A DNA stretch of 64,000 nt from Nitrosopumilus sp. (GCA_965223425.1 CBDCWS010000001.1:32001-96000), one strand, 5' to 3'. Positions 9,696 through 19,824 are shown, counted from the stretch's first letter. Numbers and translations are program-made. The notes: generated by a model from the letters alone, not told the origin.

Positions 9696-12600
9696 TTATT
9701 GGTTCTTCAAGTCACCCCATGTCGTGGTAACTTTACCGGCTGCAGAAACATGTCCTTTCAGACGAGTGGTTGCCAACGCTGTGCGTTTACCATCCAAAGA
9801 AACATCTTCGATCTGGTAGTAGTAAACGACGTTGGGTTTCGCGGTTGTGTCTTTCCACTCGTAGACGTGCTGTTCAGACGTTGTGCCGTGTCCAGCAACG
9901 ATGCCTTTGAGGTTGACAACCTTGTATTCGCCTTTCTTCGTTTCACTCCGCAAGATATTGAATCCAGCGTTGTTCAACTCAGATTGCGTGATCCAACGGA
10001 TAACAACATCACCAGTGGCTTGGTCGCGCAACGGACGGAAACTCGACAGTGAAACTGGGAGTGGACTTCCTTGACGATGTCCGGGCGACGCTATATCATC
10101 GGTATCACCGTAATAGGTTTGCGGCACGAGATTCGTCATTGAAGCGAGAATCCAACCCGCTGCGGTTGTGCCATCATCGGCATCGCTACTGGTATACCGC
10201 CTTAGGAGAGAACTCCGTCCATCGTCGGACATTGGCAATGCCCATGCCGGCGCATCGTCAGTCTTTGCATTGCTGTCAATGTTTCCAACCGAATCCGCTA
10301 CAACATCGCGTGCATCACTTAGCGAGATGTAGAAACCTTCAATGCTCAGTATGCTATCGCGCTGGCTGTTCATCTCAAGCTTCTGACGATGTTTGGCGTA
10401 GAGGTTATAGACACTGGTATCCGGAATATCCGAAGAACGTCTACCGCTACCGGAGACAATCAAAGCTGTCTGGTTCGGCGCGACAATCAGGTCGCCATCA
10501 ATTTTCAGCGTCGTGCTTGTGCGGCCATCCAAGTCTGCGGAATTGACGTTTAGAATCTTCAATTCCCAACCGTTGATGTTAATCGCCTGTGTCCGCGAGG
10601 CGTTGTAAATCTCAATCCACTGTGGCAGATTCCGCCGTGTTTGATCAACCATAACTTCGCTGATACTGATCATGCCTGTGAACTTCGCCTTACTGTCGGC
10701 ATCAAAGTACTCAGCTTGGACAGCGTCGTTGGCATAGCCGGGTGTGCCAGAATTGAAAGTGGTTTTGTTCCGATCAACACCTAAACCCGTGACACCAGCA
10801 TCACCTACCCAAGAATCACCGTGGAAAAGGGCTTTAGCTGTGTCAAGTCTCCAGGTCTTGTCATCGTTCATACCCAGATCATCCTTTGCACCAGCACCAA
10901 CGGATCTCAGGGGCCAGGCATCGGTGTTATAATTCGGGTCGTCATCCACTAATCCGAAATACCCACCATTACCGGCTGCGACATCAACAATCTTCTCATG
11001 CGACCCCGCTTTTACCTCTGTCCGAAGGATAAGGAAGAACTTACCCGTGTCGGGCAGCTCCAAGTCGGCATCTACATAATACAGCGTGTCAACGCCCTGC
11101 TTGGACGAATTCGGATCCGCAACGTTCTGACCCACAGCGAGACTTGTATCGGCAGGATCGGTGTTTACGATAACCAGATACCCACCCCCAGGGATCACGA
11201 TGTCTTCATCTGCGTCAGCAAAAGTAACAATCGCCACATCCTTCTTAGCGTGAGCGTCAGTATCATCAGTGGCAACCAATTCCGCGCTAACCATGCTAAG
11301 CACATATTTCTTGATATCCACCGATCCGGTCTTCTGATTGTGGAGTTCAATCCACTCATGCTTGGCTGCAGAACGGTTGGCGATCTCGTTGAAGATAACA
11401 CCATCACGAGCAACGGTATCTGCTGCGTCTGCAGAGATGATGTTTATGATCTGATCTTGACCCGGTGTGGCATAGCGATTACCTGTCTGGTACCTGCCAC
11501 GGTTGGCTTCGTCTTCCTTCCAGCTCCCATTACGAGTGCCATCGGGAATCGCATTCAACTGATCTGCGCGATTCTTATCGGTCTTCACGCGATCCTTGTG
11601 GTTGATGTTACGATACATTGAGACGAACGCTATGGGTGAAGAAGCAGGAATACCATTACCCGCTAAGTTCCCAAGGCTACCGTTTTGACCGTAACTGCCT
11701 GATGTGACATTCCATTGACCTAAGCCCCAGTTGCTCATCCTATCAGTCGTATTCGCAGCTTTGTCTCCGGGGTTCCCACTGGTCATATTCAATGTCCACA
11801 TCCCAGGTTTTGCATTGGCAACGACTACACTATCTTTACTTACCTGTGTCGAATCCGCTGCAACATAGAGCTCAATCCACTGACTCTGTGTCTGGACTAT
11901 GCCTGGAAGCGGAGTCGCATCGGCAGCCCACATGATTTCACTGATAACGACATCCTTATCGAGAGATCCCGTCGGACCTACTAGGTCGATAGCACCACCG
12001 CCGAAGCGGAAGAACCCTTCTAAGTCTGTCCACAGCGCATCAGGAACTACAGTTGTCGATACGTTGGCAGCAGCAAGCTTAATATCATTCAGCGCCGTTG
12101 CGGGCTGAAGAATTATATAGTCACCTGCTTGTAATGCAGCGGCATCAAGCATAAATGTTATCGCACCAGCTGCACCAGCAGCGACTGGGTTCATCGTGCC
12201 ACCTATCACCACAGGCACAGGCGTTTCACCGCTTGTCGTAGCGACAGTGATCGTAAACGTCAGCGTGGCTGCTGTCTCTGCTGCATCTGACGACGTGGCT
12301 GTATAGGTATACATCGTTGCTGCCATCGCCGCAGTTGGCGTGCCAGAGAGCATACGCGTCGCCGCAGTGAAAGTTAAACCCGCAGGGAGTGTCGGGGTGA
12401 TTGTGTAAGTGGTCGTGTCAGTAGCGTCTGCGTCTGTCGCCGCAGGCAACGTCACAGATGCAATCGCTGTGCCGGCAGTCGCGGATACAGCTGTAATAGA
12501 TGTACCTGCTGCGAACGCAGGATTGTTCTGAGTAACAACGGCAGGTGCCGTCCGTGCTGCCAAGGTAACAGTAGCCGTCGCCGTTCCTGTGTTGCCTGAC

Positions 12601-14039
12601 ATATCGGAACCAGTCACTGTGAGTGTAACTGCGGTTTCGGCAATATCGCCCGTCGTCGCAGTCGCAGCTAACGGTGTAATCGTAACCATGTAGGTATCGG
12701 TAGTTGCTCCAGCAGCAACAGCTGAAATCATGTAATTACCGGCTGCGGGTGTTGGGCTTCCTGTAACCGTCGGCATCCCTGTAGCAGGATTGACTTCGGT
12801 AACTCTGAAGGCAAGCGTAACCGCAGCACTTTGTGCCGCCGTAGGCGGTGCTGTGATAGCCACAACCGGATCTGTAGTGTCTGGTGTTGGTGGACCCATG
12901 CCAACCATCGTCGTTGGAGGTGCCGTATTAGTAATCTTCTTGGAATACGCTTCTGACGTGGTTAGAGTCAGCGGCGGGTCTGCCAAACGATCATACTGTA
13001 CAATTGCCACATACGTTTGACTTGCATCCGTTGGCATACGCTCGGCTTTTGGTGTAACGTGACTCAGCTCAACCGTTGCCATATTTTTGTCTGTCGCAAC
13101 AAGATTTTCAAGATCAAAATCCTTTATAATAGGATCAGCCCCTGTGAATGTAACCTCCACCTTGAAAGTCCTTGCTTCAGGATCATGGCTATCGTCAACA
13201 ATATTAATGGCTACAGCGGGATTAACCTTTATTACTGGCGGAATTGTTTCAGATGTGACATCTTTTGCCGCCACATAAGATTCCTCCAATGTTACTGTTA
13301 AGTCAGGTGCGCCGGCTGGGTGGGTTATGCTTCCTGTGAAGACCCAATCACCATCTGCATTTACGGCGGTAGGAGCAGCGTTAAGTGTAGGAGCAGCATC
13401 AATATAACTGGGTTCGACCTTAACCTTAGCATCCGTAAGCCCTGGATCCGCATCTGCATCTGTAAACGTGAAAGTCAGCTTATAATTCTGACCGTCAGTG
13501 GGGTCCGTGTCGGTATCATCCAGTTCTGCCGTAATGACAACCTTTTGATCAAGCAATTCAGGCGGAAGGGAGAACCGCATGCTATTCTCAACGTTCCCTT
13601 TACCACCAACCAAAGTGCTGGTAAACGCATCTTCTGGTACGGATACGTGAAAGCCAACAGCAGTAGCAGCAACAGCTGGGGTAAGAGTACCCAACCCTGT
13701 TGTAAGATTAATAGTCTTGCTGTAACTTTTATTGTCGGTACTTCTATCATTTGTAACAAGATTCGCGTCTATAGGATCAGCACCTAACCCCACATCGTCC
13801 TTATCATAGAATTGGTAAGTAACCTCTTTATCAGCCGCAGTACTAGGATCACCAACAGGCTCTGTCAAAGCGATTTTCAGTATAAAAGCACCTCGCTCTG
13901 ACGGTGCAGTAGCCGTACCAGCATCCGTAATCGTCACCGTTGGCCCGCCCTCCGCTGCCATCACAGAAGTCGCAACGAAAGCGAACATTAGTAAAAAAAC
14001 TAAACTCGTCAAGGAAAATGTCAATTTATTTGACAACAT
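9696..14039 (-). CDS. Giant secreted surface protein: Ig-like domains plus three lamin-tail domains, Poribacteria-type C-terminus
   Basis: Signal peptide after AGGAGG RBS; He_PIG-like LPAGLTF...LSGTPT; ISEIM..QWIELY, IFNEI..EWIELHN and ISEVM..QWIEIYN motifs; PLPVSLSSF...SELNNAGFNI...KVTTTWGDLK. Confidence 0.85.
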   Translation of the reverse strand: MLSNKLTFSLTSLVFLLMFAFVATSVMAAEGGPTVTITDAGTATAPSERGAFILKIALTEPVGDPSTAADKEVTYQFYDKDDVGLGADPIDANLVTNDRSTDNKSYSKTINLTTGLGTLTPAVAATAVGFHVSVPEDAFTSTLVGGKGNVENSMRFSLPPELLDQKVVITAELDDTDTDPTDGQNYKLTFTFTDADADPGLTDAKVKVEPSYIDAAPTLNAAPTAVNADGDWVFTGSITHPAGAPDLTVTLEESYVAAKDVTSETIPPVIKVNPAVAINIVDDSHDPEARTFKVEVTFTGADPIIKDFDLENLVATDKNMATVELSHVTPKAERMPTDASQTYVAIVQYDRLADPPLTLTTSEAYSKKITNTAPPTTMVGMGPPTPDTTDPVVAITAPPTAAQSAAVTLAFRVTEVNPATGMPTVTGSPTPAAGNYMISAVAAGATTDTYMVTITPLAATATTGDIAETAVTLTVTGSDMSGNTGTATATVTLAARTAPAVVTQNNPAFAAGTSITAVSATAGTAIASVTLPAATDADATDTTTYTITPTLPAGLTFTAATRMLSGTPTAAMAATMYTYTATSSDAAETAATLTFTITVATTSGETPVPVVIGGTMNPVAAGAAGAITFMLDAAALQAGDYIILQPATALNDIKLAAANVSTTVVPDALWTDLEGFFRFGGGAIDLVGPTGSLDKDVVISEIMWAADATPLPGIVQTQSQWIELYVAADSTQVSKDSVVVANAKPGMWTLNMTSGNPGDKAANTTDRMSNWGLGQWNVTSGSYGQNGSLGNLAGNGIPASSPIAFVSMYRNINHKDRVKTDKNRADQLNAIPDGTRNGSWKEDEANRGRYQTGNRYATPGQDQIINIISADAADTVARDGVIFNEIANRSAAKHEWIELHNQKTGSVDIKKYVLSMVSAELVATDDTDAHAKKDVAIVTFADADEDIVIPGGGYLVIVNTDPADTSLAVGQNVADPNSSKQGVDTLYYVDADLELPDTGKFFLILRTEVKAGSHEKIVDVAAGNGGYFGLVDDDPNYNTDAWPLRSVGAGAKDDLGMNDDKTWRLDTAKALFHGDSWVGDAGVTGLGVDRNKTTFNSGTPGYANDAVQAEYFDADSKAKFTGMISISEVMVDQTRRNLPQWIEIYNASRTQAININGWELKILNVNSADLDGRTSTTLKIDGDLIVAPNQTALIVSGSGRRSSDIPDTSVYNLYAKHRQKLEMNSQRDSILSIEGFYISLSDARDVVADSVGNIDSNAKTDDAPAWALPMSDDGRSSLLRRYTSSDADDGTTAAGWILASMTNLVPQTYYGDTDDIASPGHRQGSPLPVSLSSFRPLRDQATGDVVIRWITQSELNNAGFNILRSETKKGEYKVVNLKGIVAGHGTTSEQHVYEWKDTTAKPNVVYYYQIEDVSLDGKRTALATTRLKGHVSAAGKVTTTWGDLKNQ

Positions 14040-14218
14040 TACGTATTTTCCTCCTAATCTATAGGAAATAAAAAACATTTACAATACACAGCACCGGTTT
14101 TGTACAACCCATGCCGTATCAAAACACTTTGGGAAATGTGAACCTCGTTTAGATATGACTCGCATTCCCACGTAAAAACAAAGAACGGATCAGGGATTCT
14201 TTGACCATTCTCTTTGAT

Positions 14219-14449
14219 CTAACCTTGCGCCAACACCTTATTGGCATTGTCGCGCATAGCGAGGTGTTTTTCAACGACCGCCTTTTTCTCAGCGGCGATG
14301 AGGTCTTTTTCGGTCTCTATCCACAAAGGATGTTTTTTCATGCGAACGACTGTCGGCTTAGATGCGCCGATTGTAACGGCGATCTCGTCATTGCTTTTTC
14401 CATTGAAAGCCAAATAACAGGCTTTAATAATGTCGCGATGTGAATACAT
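14219..14449 (-). CDS. Small HTH protein, probably co-transcribed with the surface protein
   Basis: GKSNDEIAVTIGASKPTVVRM HTH; promoter TTGACT-17-TATTCT at 14545-14517. Confidence 0.6.
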   Translation of the reverse strand: MYSHRDIIKACYLAFNGKSNDEIAVTIGASKPTVVRMKKHPLWIETEKDLIAAEKKAVVEKHLAMRDNANKVLAQG

Positions 14450-14792
14450 CCTTATATCTCCTCTATATAGCCATGAATCAACCGAATCAATCAACCTTAC
14501 CCCCTGCTATGTATATAGAATACAATTTTTAACGTATTAAGTCAAGAAAAATTACAAAAAATTTCAATTTTTATGCAGAATTGTTGAAAAAAGTCTAATT
14601 TTCACCAAATTTTACCCTAAAAAAGCGTTAAAGCCGACCAGAGTCCGTTGTGTAGGACTTAAACAAACCTTACATTTCTGTTTGATTGTTGCCATGCTTC
14701 CTGTTTCAACGTCCACTGCCTCCAAACGAGGTCTTATATGAACTCCACAGGCGTTTTACTTCTCCTCGCAACTCGTGGCGAAGTGTTAAAGG

Positions 14793-15887
14793 TTAAGTGG
14801 GACACAGATTGATAGCCGCGTTGTGATCTCGATCGCATTCAAAACCGCATTCAGAACAGTGATAGGTGCGATCCGAGAGCGTGAGGTCATCTTTCTTGTG
14901 TCCACAACTGCTACACGTTTTGCTACTCGCAAAGAACATATCGGCTTGTGTTATCGGTATACCGCGACGCTCTGCCTTGTATTTCAACATCGTTAGAAAG
15001 CGAGAAAAAGCCGAGTCGGATAAAGCCTTTGCCAACCTACGATTTTTCAAAAGTCCGCTGATATTCAGTGTTTCTATACCGATAGCAGCGGCACTTTTGA
15101 CGATAGCCGTTGACGCTTTATGGTGTGCGTCCTCACGTATACAGGCAATGCGATAGTGGACTGCACCGAGTCGTTTCTTTGCTTTCTGCCAATTCTGTGA
15201 GCCTTTGCACTTACGTGATAAATCCTTGTTAGCACGTCTCAATTTGCGTTGATACCGCTTCAGAGGGCGTGGATTATCGTATACAACGCCATCAGAACAC
15301 GTAGCGAGGGTGTTGATACCTACGTCAACGCCTATCGGCTCTCTATCGTCAAACAGGAGCGTTTGGTGTGTGTAATTGCTTTCGTTACACCGAACCAGTA
15401 TAGAAACGAACCAGCGATCGTTACGCTTGGATACCACAACCTTAGAGACATCACCTTTAAACCGCAGTTCCTCACGCATCCGCACCCAGCCGATCTTGGG
15501 CAGATTGATACGCTTTTTGTAAACTTCAACCGTTCCTACGCCATTGTCGGCTTGATAGGAGATTCTATCAGATCGTTTCTTATAGACGGGGAATCGGTTC
15601 TGTTTACTTTTCCAACGTTTCACGGCATCACCAAAGTTGTGGATAGCATTCTTGGACGCGTTCTGTGAGAGATCGTTACACCATGCAAACTTATCAGGTT
15701 TGACGGCGTTAAACTCACGCTTGATGCCGTAAAGACTCCGCCATTCGTCAGCATCTAAGCCTGTCTTGAAAGACGACAAAGCAAAGTTGAAAGCAACGCG
15801 GGTATAGCCACAATGCTGCGCCATCAACGTGGATTGCTTGTTATTCGGGTTAAGTTCGATTTTCTGAGTTCGTAAAGGCAGCGTCAT
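14793..15887 (-). CDS. tnpB: RNA-guided endonuclease TnpB
   Basis: IGVDVG / IGIETL / DRDHNAA; CSSCG...CSECG. Confidence 0.95.
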   Translation of the reverse strand: MTLPLRTQKIELNPNNKQSTLMAQHCGYTRVAFNFALSSFKTGLDADEWRSLYGIKREFNAVKPDKFAWCNDLSQNASKNAIHNFGDAVKRWKSKQNRFPVYKKRSDRISYQADNGVGTVEVYKKRINLPKIGWVRMREELRFKGDVSKVVVSKRNDRWFVSILVRCNESNYTHQTLLFDDREPIGVDVGINTLATCSDGVVYDNPRPLKRYQRKLRRANKDLSRKCKGSQNWQKAKKRLGAVHYRIACIREDAHHKASTAIVKSAAAIGIETLNISGLLKNRRLAKALSDSAFSRFLTMLKYKAERRGIPITQADMFFASSKTCSSCGHKKDDLTLSDRTYHCSECGFECDRDHNAAINLCPT

Positions 15888-15909
15888 TGGTTACCAGTTA
15901 CCAGCGTTT

Positions 15910-16011
15910 AACCCCTATCCAGTGGGTAGGCAGACACGCCACCTTGCAGTGACGCTGGATATGTCTGCCAACTGGTATATATATTCTAACATTTGTGTGT
16001 TATTTTGTCAA
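15910..16011 (-). promoter_or_regulatory. tnpB promoter plus conserved leader (copy 3)
   Basis: TTGACA (16011-16006)-17-TAGAAT (15988-15983); leader at 15971-15910. Confidence 0.8.
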
Positions 16012-16141
16012 GAAAAAAGCCGAAGCCAATAGGAGTCCCAAGTTCCCATCGGCTTCAACATTTTAGTTTGAATTTGGAGGAGTGAATGTTGCCAAACACT
16101 CAACCAATATTAACAATACGTTATTTATCACTTTTTGTCAA
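16012..16141 (-). ncRNA. Candidate sRNA A with anti-SD motif
   Basis: TTGACA-17-TATTGT, then CTCCTCCAAATTCAAACTAAA, then hairpin GAAGCCGATGGGA/TCCTATTGGCTTC and a U-tract. Confidence 0.45.
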
Positions 16142-16389
16142 ATTAAATCATAATAGAATGTAGTATACTCCTTATATCCGTTGGACAGGAATGCAAACGC
16201 CTGCATTCCTTGCAGGTGTCCTGTCCATCCTTTTGCATGGATAGAACGGATACGGATATTTTCCGTGGATACTACATTCGGTCTATGAGTTATGGGGTTA
16301 TGATCCCCCAATCGTTTGTAATGAGAGGTAGTTGCCTCTATAGGATTGTGTAGGTGTTCCCTCCACAACTGGCATATTAGAACCTCAAC

Positions 16390-16589
16390 GATGAACCTAA
16401 GTATCAGTATATCTTGTGGGATTTAGAGATATTCTGTAGTTGTGCTTTGGCTGGCACCGCGATGTTTTGCGATCGTGTCGGTCTGAGAAATCAGACAATC
16501 GGTCTATAAGAATGAAAGAGATACCCCACTCGCTGAAATAGGACGGGCATCTAAAGGAATCCCACTCCTTTAGGTGTGGGAGCAGTCAA
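16390..16589 (+). mobile_element. Orphan IS200/IS605 right end without tnpB; 5' boundary uncertain
   Basis: GAATCCCACTCCTTTAGGTGTGGGAGCAGTCAA matches the right end at 8092. Confidence 0.65.
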
Positions 16590-16759
16590 CGCTGTATTTG
16601 ACGGTATTTCGGTTATGCCTGCCCTGTCTGCGTTCATGCTATTCTATGCGCGCCTCAAGACATTCGATCTCTTTTAGTTTCGAGTAGTATTCAGCGAAGT
16701 TTTCACCACCGCGTGGTCGCTTATGCCAACGCCAAAGTTTGCGCTTAGACTGCTGATAC

Positions 16760-17299
16760 TTACGTGCCAGGCTCTCCGCTCCTTACAGGAGGCACTTCAT
16801 TGCCCCAGTAATCCCAGTCATTGTCGAAGTCAAAGATAGTTGGACGGGCAAAGAGTTCGATTTTCGGTAGGTTCGGGTGTGTTTTATCTATTGCTGTTCT
16901 TACTTGTAAAGGTTTCACGCTGTGTGTTCCTCGCCTAACTGATAAAACATACCCGTGGGTTTCCTCTATAGTGGATTCAGTAAAATTGCCGCGTGTACCT
17001 ACAAGTATGAGTTCATGCTGATTGCGCGCCCAATATCCCATACCTGCAACCTTCTTATCCCATAGTATGTTGGTTTTGTATTCAAAGCCCCAAGCGTTCA
17101 TTACTTCAAATGCTTCGGGAAATTTCGGTGCGGTTGCCCAAAGGTAAAGCACAGCATCCGTATGGCAAAATTCCCCAACGTCAATCGCCTTGATGTCCTC
17201 TATAGCCATTGTAGGATAATGGTTTTCAATCTTACGGCTGTCTGATCTGCTAAAATCATACCGCCACGGGGGGTCGGCATAAATTACTTGATATTTCAA
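16760..17299 (-). CDS. MT-A70 family N6-adenine methyltransferase
   Basis: YQVIYADPPW, HYPTM, LYLWAT, WGFEYKT, HS.KP, IELFAR, WGNEV. Confidence 0.9.
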   Translation of the reverse strand: MKYQVIYADPPWRYDFSRSDSRKIENHYPTMAIEDIKAIDVGEFCHTDAVLYLWATAPKFPEAFEVMNAWGFEYKTNILWDKKVAGMGYWARNQHELILVGTRGNFTESTIEETHGYVLSVRRGTHSVKPLQVRTAIDKTHPNLPKIELFARPTIFDFDNDWDYWGNEVPPVRSGEPGT

Positions 17300-17527
17300 T
17301 GTCTAACCCCTTTTGAAGCGTTTTCCGCGCCTTCTTTTACGTGCCATGTTATCCACTTTTAGCTTGTGGACATTTCCAATCAGGGCATTCCTGCGCCATT
17401 TCAGTAAAAAATGTCCTACCAAGATTCGTAGTTATCAATGGATTCCCGTTCAAAAATCATCCCCCGCACTGCCTACCACTGCTCGGTGCTGTCGGCTTCC
17501 GGTTTGGCAACCCCGTAGAATACTGAG

Positions 17528-18568
17528 TTACGCTTGGGTATTAGTTTCGTTTTGTGCATTATGCTTCCCCCGGAGCAGACTCTCGTCTATTCGGTTACCA
17601 TTCTGCGCTTCTACTAAAATCTGCGCAATTTGGTCATCTGTAAGGTGATCGAGATTCTTTATAATAAAGTATTCCGCATCCATCATTATTTTGCTGGCAT
17701 CAACTGATATTTTTCTTAGTTGATCCAATGCGTCAGGATTTTCTGCCAATAATTTGGCTGTTTCAGCGGAATCTTTTGTCAACTCATTGATAATACTATC
17801 AACTTCGTCAAGATGTGTGCCAATTGTGTCACAGCCCGCACCATAATAATTGTCCATTTCAAAACAGTTTTTACACCGTGTAAATTCACACTTCCCATTA
17901 GGGCGTTCTATATAGAATGCATACTCTGAATAATTCCCACTGCGACAGTATAATTCGTGTAACAGGGTTTGAATATTAGCGAAACAGATACTTCTATTGA
18001 TTTCATAATGTTCCAAAGTATGAGGTTCTATGTAGCATAATCTGACGCTATCCTGTTCCTTTAGGACTTGGAAAACCGATTTTTTGTGCTTTATCACCTC
18101 ATCTGCTAATCCAAGTTTGACAACCTTTCTCGCTGCATCCATTATGCGTGTGGATACTTGCACTTCCTTAGCCATTTGCGATGACGACTTGGGTCTGTAA
18201 TTTTGCAGACCCTCTATATGCTGATTATCGCCTAACTGCATCCATTCGCTCTGGTGTGCAAGTGCCTTGACGACTGCCCTATGGCTTGCGGTCATGTGCC
18301 GTCTAAAGTAGTTTACCCCCATTGCGAAGCCCAACGGGTTCTGAATACCATCGAGTGGCGTGAACTCAAGTTCTGAAACCTTCTCAAGATTTACTGCCAC
18401 TTGATACCTATGCCAACCGTCTAATATCTTGCCTTCATAGACGTAAATGATAGGCTGTGCAAAGCCGTTCTGTTCTATATCAGTATTCAGTTCCGAAAAC
18501 TCCAATTCGGTCATATCTCCAAAGAGACTTGATAATTCATGCCTTTCAAAGTGATTCTTACTTGTCAT
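17528..18568 (-). CDS. ParB/Srx-like N-terminal domain protein (phage type)
   Basis: DIEQNGF..PI...ILDGWHRY...N..RRHMT followed by an HTH; paralog at 59115-60350. Confidence 0.75.
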   Translation of the reverse strand: MTSKNHFERHELSSLFGDMTELEFSELNTDIEQNGFAQPIIYVYEGKILDGWHRYQVAVNLEKVSELEFTPLDGIQNPLGFAMGVNYFRRHMTASHRAVVKALAHQSEWMQLGDNQHIEGLQNYRPKSSSQMAKEVQVSTRIMDAARKVVKLGLADEVIKHKKSVFQVLKEQDSVRLCYIEPHTLEHYEINRSICFANIQTLLHELYCRSGNYSEYAFYIERPNGKCEFTRCKNCFEMDNYYGAGCDTIGTHLDEVDSIINELTKDSAETAKLLAENPDALDQLRKISVDASKIMMDAEYFIIKNLDHLTDDQIAQILVEAQNGNRIDESLLRGKHNAQNETNTQA

Positions 18569-19024
18569 GTGCTAACCCCTTTTTTAATGTGTCTCAAATG
18601 TCTCAAAATTTCCCGCTGGCACAATGGCGGGCATACCGCAGACGTTTTCATATCGCAACCTATGTAATTCCCATAATGCTTCGATTGCCTCATGATCATC
18701 GGGGTTGCGCCCGATGCACCTCTCCAGTTTCGTCCGTGGTTTTCCACAGATGATCTCAAATTTTTCTCTGCTATCCATTTCGGGTATCTCTGCAACCGCT
18801 TGACGTTCTGATTCAATAATGCCATCGGCGGTCTGCTCAAGGTGTTGGAGGTGTGTGAGTGTGTAATCTCGTGTATTGTCAACGACCCACGTCCACGGCA
18901 GTTTGCTATCCTCTCGCATTTCTCCGATCAGGTCGCTCACTATATCAAAATCTCGCTCTTTCTTCTCAATCAGTCCTTCGCTGGATAGGTGGTAAGCGAC
19001 TTGTCGGACACCGACGGGGTACAC
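18565..19024 (-). pseudogene. Chimeric/truncated phage gene remnants (wHTH of a toprim-associated protein joined to a zinc-ribbon-like C-terminus in another frame)
   Basis: VRQVAYHL..EGLIEK...MRE..KLPWTWVVDNTR in one frame; PMIMRQSKHYGNYIGC in the frame whose stop overlaps the ParB start. Confidence 0.4.
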
Positions 19025-19226
19025 ACTCTACAAAACGATATATCGCTTGTTTGCGTTCCTCTCATCGCTGTTGCCATGTTCGGATTCTGCATGCTTTGCG
19101 TAGTTCCGTCCTGAGTGTCCCCACATATCTGGTATCTGCTGCAGTCGCTTTGGGGTAAATCTTGCTCGGTTAAACCAAAACTGCGCCTTTATCGCTCAAT
19201 GGGGCTGTGTGCGTGCCTCATGAAAT

Positions 19227-19487
19227 TTACGAATGCCGTCGGCTGCTCTTTGGGCTTGTAATGCCCTCAAACGATTTGAGGAGCTCAATCTTTTCTCCGA
19301 TTTCACCGATACTCGCACTCACCTTGGAAGTGTTGCTGTCAATTTCAGAGAGAAGTCGTCGGCGTTGAATGTCTGCCATATTCTGGCTCGGCACAGTGTT
19401 CATTTGAATGTCTGTGAGCGTGTCGTCAAACCCCGATAGCGCGTCTGATAGCTTCTGCAATGCCTGCTCTAATCTTACAGAATTCAT
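19227..19487 (-). CDS. Hypothetical coiled-coil protein
   Basis: GAGG RBS, heptad pattern. Confidence 0.5.
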   Translation of the reverse strand: MNSVRLEQALQKLSDALSGFDDTLTDIQMNTVPSQNMADIQRRRLLSEIDSNTSKVSASIGEIGEKIELLKSFEGITSPKSSRRHS

Positions 19488-19824
19488 ACATTAGAACCTC
19501 CGAGCAGGGCGCGTTGACCCCACTGGTCGTGTTTATCTGCTTTGAAATGATATAGGGTGTGACGCTTATGGTAAGTAGTGTAGTATAGTGGTTGCCTAAT
19601 AGTTGCGTCAGTTATCCTTTAGACGTGCAGCCCTGCTGATTTGTTCGGGTAGCAACGCAAAAAAAATCACACTCTTTTCGCTTGTGTTTCCTGCGGAATT
19701 TCTGGGTTTTTTTCATTCTACACTTCAGAATAAGGTGGGGTTGAATTGTGGGCGGGTATGTGGTATAACGGAATACAAGAAAAGTTTTGGACTTATTTTG
19801 AATTTAAAAGTGAGGTTTATATCA

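Larger units (their letters stand above)
14645..16011 (-). mobile_element. tnpB-only element with IS607-type right end; left boundary set at the promoter
   Basis: omega-RNA-like GCCTGTGGAG...TAAGAC...GAAACAGGAA; terminus GTTTGTTTAAGT...AACGG without a TCAA/TCAC hairpin. Confidence 0.65.

Noticed and set aside
9699-13787. Numerous short opposite-strand and alternate-frame ORFs in the track (here and throughout)
   Set aside because: They are shadows of longer genes with recognisable motifs and have no independent support.
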